Assembly (NCBI RefSeq): GCF_001194135.2
Contig: NC_068982.1
Span: forward strand, 71,607,017 to 71,671,016
Direction: 5' to 3'
Origin: Octopus bimaculoides
Lineage: Eukaryota
Length of the DNA: 64,000 nucleotides
Below are positions 37,431 to 48,640 of this stretch, piece by piece (position 1 is the first letter of the stretch; every line of letters begins with the position of its first letter). Under the pieces are notes generated by a model, which was not told where the DNA came from, did not search any database, and was given only the letters and a program-made list of their open reading frames with translations. The position numbers and the translations under genes are program-made.

Positions 37431-39962
37431 TTTTTTTTTTTTTTTTTTTTTTTTTTTNNNNNNNNNNNNNNNNNNNNNNNNNNNNNNNNNNNNNNNNNNN
37501 NNNNNNNNNNNNNNNNNNNNNNNNNNNNNNNNNNNNNNNNNNNNNNNNNNNNNNNNNNNNNNNNNNNNNNNNNNNNNNNNNNNNNNNNNNNNNNNNNNNN
37601 NNNNNNNNNNNNNNNNNNNNNNNNNNNNNNNNNNNNNNNNNNNNNNNNNNNNNNNNNNNNNNNNNNNNNNNNNNNNNNNNNNNNNNNNNNNNNNNNNNNN
37701 NNNNNNNNNNNNNNNNNNNNNNNNNNNNNNNNNNNNNNNNNNNNNNNNNNNNNNNNNNNNNNNNNNNNNNNNNNNNNNNNNNNNNNNNNNNNNNNNNNNN
37801 NNNNNNNNNNNNNNNNNNNNNNNNNNNNNNNNNNNNNNNNNNNNNNNNNNNNNNNNNNNNNNNNNNNNNNNNNNNNNNNNNNNNNNNNNNNNNNNNNNNN
37901 NNNNNNNNNNNNNNNNNNNNNNNNNNNNNNNNNNNNNNNNNNNNNNNNNNNNNNNNNNNNNNNNNNNNNNNNNNNNNNNNNNNNNNNNNNNNNNNNNNNN
38001 NNNNNNNNNNNNNNNNNNNNNNNNNNNNNNNNNNNNNNNNNNNNNNNNNNNNNNNNNNNNNNNNNNNNNNNNNNNNNNNNNNNNNNNNNNNNNNNNNNNN
38101 NNNNNNNNNNNNNNNNNNNNNNNNNNNNNNNNNNNNNNNNNNNNNNNNNNNNNNNNNNNNNNNNNNNNNNNNNNNNNNNNNNNNNNNNNNNNNNNNNNNN
38201 NNNNNNNNNNNNNNNNNNNNNNNNNNNNNNNNNNNNNNNNNNNNNNNNNNNNNNNNNNNNNNNNNNNNNNNNNNNNNNNNNNNNNNNNNNNNNNNNNNNN
38301 NNNNNNNNNNNNNNNNNNNNNNNNNNNNNNNNNNNNNNNNNNNNNNNNNNNNNNNNNNNNNNNNNNNNNNNNNNNNNNNNNNNNNNNNNNNNNNNNNNNN
38401 NNNNNNNNNNNNNNNNNGTTTATTTATTTGGAAGAGAGAAAAAAATGAAAACTTCAGTCTGTTCCCTGCATCTTTCTTTTTTCCATTCACCATCTTCCTC
38501 CCTTCACTGCCCCACCTGGCCCCCATCCTGCGATTCCTCCAGAGAAATTTATTTATTTATATTTTTTTTTAATTCACCTACAAATCTTCCCCCTCCACCC
38601 ACCACCAATTTACTTTCACTTTTGCTTTTTTTTTTAAACTTCCTTTGTTACCTGTTTTTCTTTCACCACTGTGCATAGAAAAATATTTGTATGTATATGT
38701 ACTTGTGTGTTTGTGCGTGTGATTGATTTATATATTATGTTAAGGGATTAATGAAACTATGTGCCAACATGTGTAGATATTAGTCGCTGGGGTGGGGGCA
38801 GTGCCTGTTATTTTATTACAAGCCCCTCTGTGAATATTTCTATTTTATTCCCCTGTCCCGCCTTGCTTCCTCCTTCTCTCTTTCTCTGTTCCCCCCAAAA
38901 TCTATCCTCACAATTTGGCCACTTGCTCCCTCTATATATTTCTTTACTTAACCAAAAGAGCAACGCCTTTCTTTCGGTTATTCTCATCATGATCATCTCT
39001 ACTTTCTTTCAGCTTTTTACCCCTTTCAACAAAATAAGCTGGCTCTATCATATGATTTTATATACACACGCATACACACACACAGTTATAGATATGTGTG
39101 AAACATAAGGGTTAGTAACAGGAATGGCATTTCACTGTAAAAATGCCCCAATAAGTATTCGTCCAACCCATGCTAGCATGGAAAGACAGACGTAAAGCAT
39201 GAACAAAGATATCTACATTAGGATGTGTGTGTATACATATGTGTAGTGTATGTATGTATGTGTGTGTGTGTGTATGTATGTATGTGTGTGTATGTATATA
39301 TGTGTGTGTGTGTATATTTGTATGTATAATTTTTTATGCATCAATGGCTTGTTGACCAAAACAAAGATTAAGATTTTTCCAATAGGTAAATAAAAACTTG
39401 ACCAATGAACACATACACACACACACACACATACTCATACATACATATGTATACACACACACACATTTATATGTATATATACATACATTAATATGTATAC
39501 TATCACAGGCTCAGTAAACTGAATATTGGAGGGAAAGGAGTGAAATCTGTTCCAACTCGGAACAAATCTGGAAAAAAAAAATTAAAAGGAAAATATAAAA
39601 TAGAAATCAGAGACAGGACTCAAATGCGATTTCTTCCTCTTCTTCATTGTGCTGTCCCACCCCTCTGAATTTCATTGCTTAAATTGTAAAATAACAAAAA
39701 ATCTTGAACACAACAAACCAAGGACTGATCAATGAAACAGGGGGAGATAACAAAAATTGTATTTGCACCACCAGCATTTACAAGAGAACACAAACTGCAG
39801 AAGGAAACAGACAATAAAAATAAAGACAAAAACGAAAAAAAAAAAAAGTGGTATTGCATACCAATCAGGGTGTTTGGGTGTAATTGCGGGGTACTAATTG
39901 ATGTCCGATGGTGCTTGATGCCCTGTGAGCTGCATACTAGATATGAGTGTGTGTATATATAT

Positions 39963-40015
<53 letters not shown>

Positions 40016-41042
40016 NNNNNNNNNNNNNNNNNNNNNNNNNNNNNNNNNNNNNNNNNNNNNNNNNNNNNNNNNNNNNNNNNNNNNNNNNNNNNNNNNNNNN
40101 NNNNNNNNNNNNNNNNNNNNNNNNNNNNNNNNNNNNNNNNNNNNNNNNNNNNNNNNNNNNNNNNNNNNNNNNNNNNNNNNNNNNNNNNNNNNNNNNNNNN
40201 NNNNNNNNNNNNNNNNNNNNNNNNNNNNNNNNNNNNNNNNNNNNNNNNNNNNNNNNNNNNNNNNNNNNNNNNNNNNNNNNNNNNNNNNNNNNNNNNNNNN
40301 NNNNNNNNNNNNNNNNNNNNNNNNNNNNNNNNNNNNNNNNNNNNNNNNNNNNNNNNNNNNNNNNNNNNNNNNNNNNNNNNNNNNNNNNNNNNNNNNNNNN
40401 NNNNNNNNNNNNNNNNNNNNNNNNNNNNNNNNNNNNNNNNNNNNNNNNNNNNNNNNNNNNNNNNNNNNNNNNNNNNNNNNNNNNNNNNNNNNNNNNNNNN
40501 NNNNNNNNNNNNNNNNNNNNNNNNNNNNNNNNNNNNNNNNNNNNNNNNNNNNNNNNNNNNNNNNNNNNNNNNNNNNNNNNNNNNNNNNNNNNNNNNNNNN
40601 NNNNNNNNNNNNNNNNNNNNNNNNNNNNNNNNNNNNNNNNNNNNNNNNNNNNNNNNNNNNNNNNNNNNNNNNNNNNNNNNNNNNNNNNNNNNNNNNNNNN
40701 NNNNNNNNNNNNNNNNNNNNNNNNNNNNNNNNNNNNNNNNNNNNNNNNNNNNNNNNNNNNNNNNNNNNNNNNNNNNNNNNNNNNNNNNNNNNNNNNNNNN
40801 NNNNNNNNNNNNNNNNNNNNNNNNNNNNNNNNNNNNNNNNNNNNNNNNNNNNNNNNNNNNNNNNNNNNNNNNNNNNNNNNNNNNNNNNNNNNNNNNNNNN
40901 NNNNNNNNNNNNNNNNNNNNNNNNNNNNNNNNNNNNNNNNNNNNNNNNNNNNNNNNNNNNNNNNNNNNNNNNNNNNNNNNNNNNNNNNNNNNNNNNNNNN
41001 NNNNNNNNNNNNNAGGAGGATGTAAAGCGTTGCTGTGTCTCT

Positions 41043-41264
41043 TTAGATCTTTTCTGCTAATTTTTCTTTGATGAAGAACTGTTCGAAACGTTGGATTTTC
41101 CTTTCTCCAAAGTTCAAATAATACAAGCTTTGACGATGCAGACGAGCACCAGTCTCTTTGGACTTCGTTCGATGTATATGTATGTGTTGGTATCCCTTTG
41201 TTGCAACATGGCGTGATAGTTGTAAACAAATGTCAGCGTCATACAAGTGGTGTCTGTTTTTCAA
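41043..41264 (-). mobile_element. Degraded Penelope-like GIY-YIG endonuclease remnant (tentative)
   Basis: Across shifting frames the minus strand gives TCMTLTFVY / TITPCCNK / YIE / ARLHRQ / FEQFFIK. This resembles the PLE pattern TC.s.n.vY.ItC..C...YIG.T...R...HRq ... E..FI. Confidence 0.38.
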
Positions 41265-41404
41265 TCTGTGAAATATGTGTGGTCATGGGGGAATAATACT
41301 TTGTTTAGAAACTGGAAGAAAAAGACCTGATGTTCTCATTTAACAATTCCAGAACTGGACTGATAATTTTATAACTTAAGACATTAATGTTATTCAATGG
41401 AAAA

Positions 41405-41725
41405 AAGCGGCGAGCTGGCAGAATCGTTAGCACAACGGGCGAAATGTTGCTTAGCATTTCGTCCGTCTTCACGTTCTGAGTTCAAATTCCACTGACGTCG
41501 ACTTTGCCTTTCTTCCTTTATTATTCATTGGAATAAAGTGGCGAGATGGTAGAATCGTTAGCACTTCAGGCGAGTTCTGCTAAACATTTTGTCCGCCGAG
41601 GTTGACTTTACTTTTCATCATTTCAGAGTTGATAAAATGAATACCAGTTGGGCACTGGATCAATGTAATTGACTTACCCCCTCCCCCAAACTTGCTGGCC
41701 TTGTGCCAAAATTTGAAACCATTAT
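41405..41725 (+). mobile_element. SINE family A, two heads in tandem plus one 3' end
   Basis: GCGGCGAGCTGGCAGAATCGTTAGC at about 41407 and GTGGCGAGATGGTAGAATCGTTAGC at about 41538, with tail TTGCTGGCCTTGTGCCAAAATTTGAAACC. Confidence 0.8.
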
Positions 41726-43039
41726 TATTTAATGGAATAAATCAGTATTGCCACGACTTTCCGACTTTTTGTTTGCGATATAACGGGTTCAATTTCTTCT
41801 GATTTGCTTTTCAAATTATGGGTTGTAAAGCTTAGACATACCATGTTACCAGATGTTCCACTACCTTCAGTTTTGAGAAAACTAGAGAACCAGGAAATGC
41901 CAGCATACCAAAGATTCCAAATTAAAGGTGTGTTAAATTATTTTTATTATTACTACTTTTAAATTTTGTTCACAGGAGGTGCTGGTTCCTGTGATCTTTG
42001 CAAAGGCCAATGCAATCGAAAGTCAGTTCGAACTTTTTTTTTTTTTAATCGGGTGTCCGCGACCATTCCGAGAATGCTTTGAACAGAATGGCAGAATTAA
42101 AGCGATATAAATGTTGGATGCTTGCTTGCTTGATTTCTCTAGTCACATATTACATCATATAGGGAGAGCCGGGTAATGAATAAAAGAAACGCGGAGAGAG
42201 TTTCCATCAGAGATGCTGGATGATATAGTAGGCTTGGTGGCAGGCAATGAGTAGAAGAACGCTACATACACAGCGAGAAAGAGTCAGGGAGTAAATGGCA
42301 GAGTCGATATACTAATGAGAANNNNNNNNNNNNNNNNNNNNNNNNNNNNNNNNNNNNNNNNNNNNNNNNNNNNNNNNNNNNNNNNNNNNNNNNNNNNNNN
42401 NNNNNNNNNNNNNNNNNNNNNNNNNNNNNNNNNNNNNNNNNNNNNNNNNNNNNNNNNNNNNNNNNNNNNNNNNNNNNNNNNNNNNNNNNNNNNNNNNNNN
42501 NNNNNNNNNNNNNNNNNNNNNNNNNNNNNNNNNNNNNNNNNNNNNNNNNNNNNNNNNNNNNNNNNNNNNNNNNNNNNNNNNNNNNNNNNNNNNNNNNNNN
42601 NNNNNNNNNNNNNNNNNNNNNNNNNNNNNNNNNNNNNNNNNNNNNNNNNNNNNNNNNNNNNNNNNNNNNNNNNNNNNNNNNNNNNNNNNNNNNNNNNNNN
42701 NNNNNNNNNNNNNNNNNNNNNNNNNNNNNNNNNNNNNNNNNNNNNNNNNNNNNNNNNNNNNNNNNNNNNNNNNNNNNNNNNNNNNNNNNNNNNNNNNNNN
42801 NNNNNNNNNNNNNNNNNNNNNNNNNNNNNNNNNNNNNNNNNNNNNNNNNNNNNNNNNNNNNNNNNNNNNNNNNNNNNNNNNNNNNNNNNNNNNNNNNNNN
42901 NNNNNNNNNNNNNNNNNNNNNNATGACACATTCTACCAGTGTTCCAAGTTTCAAAGTGTTTCGTTAATGAAAAATGTGGCCCCCGTTTTAAAAAAGATCC
43001 AATATTTTTCTTTTGAAAATTACTGCAGAATGATCATTA

Positions 43040-43280
43040 ATAGACGCAGGAGTGGCTGTGTGTTAAGTAGCTTGCTTACTAACCACATGGTTCCGAGCCC
43101 GTCATATATATATGTGTGTGTGTGTGTGTGTTTGACCCCCCGACCGATGCTGGTGTGTTTACGTCCCCGAAACTTAGCGGTTCGGCACAATAAGTACTAG
43201 GCTTACAAAGAATAAGTCCTGGGGGTCAATTTGTTCGACTAAAGGCGGTGCTCCAACATGACCGCAGTCAAATGAATTTA
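43040..43280 (+). mobile_element. SINE family B with internal deletion
   Basis: The head joins directly to GCCCGTCATATATATG, so the central body is missing. The 3' half is intact. Confidence 0.75.
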
Positions 43281-43549
43281 TTTCATTTTGTATCATAATC
43301 GTCATCAACCCTGAATATTACTAGGACTTATAGGGCCTCTTACCCGGTTTCCATAGCATTTACAAGTCGCCGAAGTCACAACACTCACCCTGAAGAGGGC
43401 ACTAGTCCACCGCGGGTTGTCTCGTGTAGCTGAGTGGACTGAACCAACGTGAAATGAAGTGGTTTGCTTAACAAGTGGTGTTTGTATGTGCACGATGTAC
43501 GGGAGCCATAAAGACCACAGATACACGGGAAACCGATTTCCTTAAATGT

Positions 43550-44115
43550 CCTGGTGGCGCTGGAAGTTGTAAATAATTTTTGCTACCTAGGTGACCTATT
43601 TAGTAGTGGAGGAGGTTGTGCAGAAAGTATAAATGCTAGAATAAGAATAGTATGGAGAAAGTTCAGAGAGCTTTTACCTCTGTTTTCAACCGAAAGTCTC
43701 TCTGTCTCCGAGTTAAAGGAAGATTGTATGATACACGTGTACGAACTGCGATGCTGCATGTTAGTGAGACATGGGACCTAAATGCGGACGACATGCGAAG
43801 GCTGGAGAGGAACGACTCTGCTATGCTTCGCTGGATGTGCGGCAGAGAACTGGTGTATTGAGAGAGAAGTTGGACATAAGAGGAATTATATGCAATGTAC
43901 AAGAGAAGAGACTGCGCTGTGTCGGTCTTGTGATGCAGATGGATGAAAACAGTTGCATAAAGAAGTACAAATCGCTTAGTGTGTGTCTGGAGGGGTGAGA
44001 GTTATGCAAGAGAGAGACCGAGGAAGACATGGGACGAAGGCTGATCTCAAAACGCTGAACCTTTCGAAGGTGATGACAGAGAACCAAAATGTGGTGCATT
44101 ACTCTACATGAGAAG
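43550..44115 (+). mobile_element. RTE-clade LINE, decayed 3' end of ORF2 (RT thumb region)
   Basis: Frameshifted peptides LEVVNNFCYLGD...ARIRIVWRKFRELLPL, LRVKGRLYDTRVRTAMLHVSETW...RLERNDSAMLRWMCG, LREKLDIRGI...QEKRLRC and RPRKTWDE are typical RTE motifs. Confidence 0.85.
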
Positions 44116-44118
44116 ACC

Positions 44119-44358
44119 CTACCACCAGAACAGAATTGAGATCTTAAAAGTAAGGTGCCACATAAAAAACATTGGTGTTGGTGCTACGTAAAAAAGTACA
44201 CTCTGTAAAATGGTTGGCGTGAGAAAGTACATCCATCCGTAGAAAGCACACCAAAACAGACTAAGGAACCTGGTACGGTCCCTGGCCTTGCCAGTTCCTG
44301 TCAAGCCGTCCAATCCATGCCAGCATGGAAAACGAACGTTAAATGTTGATGATAATGA
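44119..44358 (+). mobile_element. Family D repeat ending in RTE-type tail (GTCCAATCCATGCCAGCATGGAAAACGAACGTTAAATGTTGATGAT)
   Basis: Shares its tail with 33100-33155 and 39150-39205. Confidence 0.65.
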
Positions 44359-44576
44359 TAAACAACACACCACCAGGTACGGGAACCGAAACCACGATCT
44401 TGCAATCGTGAGTGTAACACCCTAACTAGGCCACGCGCCTTCACTCATCATTTTGTATAAGCATTAAGAAATCTGATAAAAAGTTAAATCATAATTATTG
44501 TATGTATGGCCATATTTTCTGATATTACCTATTGTGACAAAAACATATTTCCAAATTTACTCGTCATATGACGGCT

Positions 44577-44654
44577 AACACTCTTGTACTTAAATAATTA
44601 TTAACACTCTTGTACTTAAATAATTATTAACACTCTTGTACTTAAATAATTATT
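44577..44654. repeat. Three perfect tandem copies of 26-bp AACACTCTTGTACTTAAATAATTATT
   Basis: Units read directly at 44577-44602, 44603-44628 and 44629-44654. Confidence 0.95.
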
Positions 44655-45125
44655 GACTATATAGATTATAAATAAAATTATATTCTTTAAACGGTGGAGA
44701 CAGAAGATAAAGGCAGTAGATTCATTCAACCGAAACTTCACGGATCGTAAATGAAAAAAAAAAAACACATCTAAGGTCATGTGACCAGTCTAGGATGACA
44801 AATTTTTGTATCAAGCGAAACCAATTCAAAGGATTTATTCTTACTACTGAATTTAGTTACGAATAACGTATGTATGTAGGTGTCGCTTTATATATATAGC
44901 GTCATGTGTGTGTATGAATGGGGGTATGTGTTTATAGACAGGTGTATGATATANNNNNNNNNNNNNNNNNNNNNNNNNNNNNNNNNNNNNNNNNNNNNNN
45001 NNNNNNNNNNNNNNNNNNNNNNNNNNNNNNNNNNNNNNNNNNNNNNNNNNNNNNNNNNNNNNNNNNNNNNNNNNNNNNNNNNNNNNNNNNNNNNNNNNNN
45101 NNNNNNNNNNNNNNNNNNNNNNNNN

Positions 45126-45170
<45 letters not shown>

Positions 45171-46308
45171 GTGTATAATGTGTAAGTGTATATATATATA
45201 TATATATGTATATATATTACGTGTGTATTAACGGTCTATTTTTCTTTATAATTCTGTTAAAAGGGTTGGTGCTTCTAACTTCTGCTTTCTTTTCCAAGCT
45301 GACCAAATTGATGTGCTCCCTGTTCATTTCTAACCGTCTCTAGGCGAATATTTATTTGCAGGAATGAAATTCCAGAGAGTTGCAATCCTGGTGCAGAAGC
45401 ACTGTATTAATTAAGTACTTAATGTGGAGTCTATAGAACAAGAAAGATGACAAGTATTGCTGAGTAGAAGTATGCGTCTGACTCAGGTTAGAAGCCATTG
45501 ATGTAGCGAGAGATATGTGAAAGATGGTAGTTTCAGTCACTTGCTTATCTGTTTCAAAGGCGAAACACATTTGTTATCAGGAGTAGTCGACGTAAAACTG
45601 GAGGGACCTCTATCAGTTAACAGGCTTGAAGGAAGATAATGTCAGACAGGTGGGTGGTGTTGAGTGATACGAGAATATGTGGTGAGTCGTAACATTTATC
45701 GATCTTGTAGGGCAGGTTCCAGAGGCGTTTCTCTCCAGACTGGGTCCCTGTCGAAGATGTCTGCTGAAAAACCTGAACCTCCCCACCCCGTTTCTGTAAG
45801 ACAGTCGCACCAGGCGAAAGATGTAATTTGAATGGGTATGTCAAGGGATCGGAATTATTCTCTTGCCAGAAACCCGGTTCAAAATTTTGGCAATAGAGTT
45901 AAATTCCGTTGAAAACTTACATGAGCCAAGAAGTGTTGTTAAACTTGGTAGTGTGTTTGTCGTTCCCACTCAGAAAAGAAGTAATCATGCCACCAGCACT
46001 TGAGAGGTTGTCTTTACAGGACACAAAGCTCCCTTTGAGTGGATCAAAAATGCCTGAGAGGTGCTGGCATGACACCATTCGGATTTGAGGAACAGAAGCT
46101 CTCTGTCTCAGTAGAAAAGACAGAGAGAGAAAGAGAAGATACAGCACATCTATGGGTCAGTGTAACTAGAAGGAGTAGGGGGTGCCCGCTTCGAACGACG
46201 CTTCTCCAGGGGCGGCACTTCTGAGTCTGTTGCATAAGCCTGTATAGATTTGGGAGTTCGATGGAAGGCACTCGAGTGTTGCCTCGGACGATAACACTCT
46301 ATCTACAA

Positions 46309-46572
46309 CAGTGCTTTTTAACTGGGGGTCCATATGGCCCATAGGGGCCCACAGAAGATGTTGTTGTTGAAGATTATTTGCAATAAACTGGTCATACTTC
46401 TGCAATGCTCAAAATATTTAAATTTTTTATAATAGAAATCCTAATAATATTTAATTATAAAAATATGTTAACAGGATTTTTTTAAACATTGAATGGTTCT
46501 GAGGGTCCACCCCATGTAAAAGGGCAATCAAAGGGGTCCTTAGGCAAAAAAAGAAATGGTTGAGTACCACTG
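46309..46572. mobile_element. hAT/Charlie-like MITE, imperfect TIRs CAGTG...CACTG
   Basis: Termini are CAGTGCTTTTTAAC and GTTGAGTACCACTG. The 8-bp flanks ATCTACAA and TGCTACAC share CTACA. Confidence 0.55.
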
Positions 46573-46796
46573 TGCTACACCAATGCTGAAGCATGTTCAT
46601 TAGTTACTTAATACCAATCACTTCATTGGTATAAATTGTTCTTTCAGTGGAGTCCAAGATGTCTGTGAACACAACAGAAAAATGTAATTTTGAATCAGGG
46701 TGTCAAGAGATCGTGATATCCCGGAAATCTGGCTCGAATCTTTACCAATAAGTTAACTCCGTTGAAGGTGAACATAGACCAAGAAGTATAGTTAAA

Positions 46797-47026
46797 GGTG
46801 GCGAGCTGGCAGAAACGTTAGCACGCCGGGCGAAATGCTTAGCGGTATTTCGTCTGCCGTTACGTTCTGAGTTCAAATTCCGCCGAGGTCGACTTTGCTT
46901 TCATCCTTTCGGGTTCGATTAAATAAGTACCAGTTACGCACTGGGTCGACATAATCAACTTAATCCGTTTGTCTGTCCTTGTTTGTCCCCTCTGTGTGTA
47001 GCTCCTTGTGGGCAGTAAAAAAAAAT
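46797..47026 (+). mobile_element. SINE family A, intact full-length copy with 14-bp TSD
   Basis: GAAGTATAGTTAAA occurs at 46783-46796 and 47027-47040. The element has A-box and B-box motifs and an A-rich end. Confidence 0.92.
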
Positions 47027-47739
47027 GAAGTATAGTTAAAAAGTGAAACCAGGTGGCATGATTTTTCCCCACTTCTCGACNNNNNNNNNNNNNNNNNNNN
47101 NNNNNNNNNNNNNNNNNNNNNNNNNNNNNNNNNNNNNNNNNNNNNNNNNNNNNNNNNNNNNNNNNNNNNNNNNNNNNNNNNNNNNNNNNNNNNNNNNNNN
47201 NNNNNNNNNNNNNNNNNNNNNNNNNNNNNNNNNNNNNNNNNNNNNNNNNNNNNNNNNNNNNNNNNNNNNNNNNNNNNNNNNNNNNNNNNNNNNNNNNNNN
47301 NNNNNNNNNNNNNNNNNNNNNNNNNNNNNNNNNNNNNNNNNNNNNNNNNNNNNNNNNNNNNNNNNNNNNNNNNNNNNNNNNGTCGTTAAATTTAGGACAA
47401 GCTAGGACCGGTTAAAACACAACATAGAGAATAATATTGTAATTGTTAATAAATGAAAGAAGTCTCTGATTTGAGATCAAAAGGTAAAAACGGCTGTGAG
47501 AGAATAGGTAATTGTCAGTTTGTAAGACTATAGGGAGAATAGGTATTTTAGATGTAAACAAAGAAAGGAAATAGACAGATAGACAGATAGATAGATAGAT
47601 AGTTCCTGGTTCCTGCAGTGTATTGTGCCCTTGAGGATCACACTTCATTTCACGTTGTTTCAGTTTACTCAATAGTAGATGAATACCAATCAAGTGCTGG
47701 CATAGCGCCCCCTCCTCCCTCTCTTTCTATCTCTCTATC

Positions 47740-47774
<35 letters not shown>

Positions 47775-48359
47775 CACTTTTTCAACTGTCACATCCTTGA
47801 TGTTCTCCTGGGTCATCGGTGGATGAATAGAGAGAGTGTCTATTTAGTTTGTGACTAAATAAGCATTTAAAACCATTAGTGAAAGTATGGTACATGTCAC
47901 TGAGCCATATTTGATCACCAGTGGCGGTTGGTTGTACTTATGTAACTGGTATATAATTTTTCCATTTTCCCAACTATAAATTTGATTATAAATGTGAGAG
48001 TCGTATATTTCATAACATTAGCTATTATATTGGTCATACATACACAACAGTCTCTCGCCGTACTTACAACAGGGGGCGAGTAAAACATCCAATGATGCAA
48101 CACTGCATAAAATTTTATAGGAAAACTGTTGGAATAGAAATGGTACACTCCTTCCAACTATAAAGTCAGATAGTCAGTCGTTGTAGGAAGTCAGTAGTAG
48201 TAGAGTAGCAGTCTTTTTGGAATTTGAGTTGTCGATGACGTAGAGTTTTTATGTGAGTTACAAAGTTGAGTATTTTTTGTTGTAAAATTGAGTGTCAATC
48301 ATTGGTGTTAATTGTTGATATTGTTCGTGTTTTTTTTTTGTGTCTTCCCGTTGTGGAAA

Positions 48360-48640
48360 ATGGAGAAAGCACCGGTAGGTGGCCAAAGTTATGCGGCCGT
48401 GACTGGAAAAGGAACAGAGGAAGGAAAGCTGGAAATAATCGAAATTAAGGTTGATCCGAAGAAGATGAAGGAATGTGAGAAGTTGCTGGCGAGGGTCGGA
48501 AACACGCTGACGTTGACACTGCCTGTGGAACTGACAGAAGGTGTAAGAAAGAGAACTGTAGTTTTTAAAACCATGAAGGTGGGAACTAGAAGGATAGAGC
48601 TCGCGACAGTTGAGGAGATCGAGGAGTGCCTGAAAGGTAT
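48360..48640 (+). mobile_element. 5' end of probable non-LTR retrotransposon ORF1 (gag-like), truncated by assembly gap
   Basis: ATG at 48360 opens about 93 stop-free codons (MEKAPVGGQSYAAVTGKG...LATVEEIEECLKG). An N-terminal SYAAV motif is common in LINE ORF1 proteins. A T-rich leader precedes it. Confidence 0.55.

Noticed and set aside
41066-41095. Hammerhead-like string TTGATGA...GAAACGTT on the plus strand
   Set aside because: C3 is missing, stems I and II are marginal, and it overlaps the antisense of a putative coding relic.
44577-44654. Short direct repeats considered as a CRISPR-like array
   Set aside because: There are no spacers and the context is eukaryotic; this is a simple tandem repeat.
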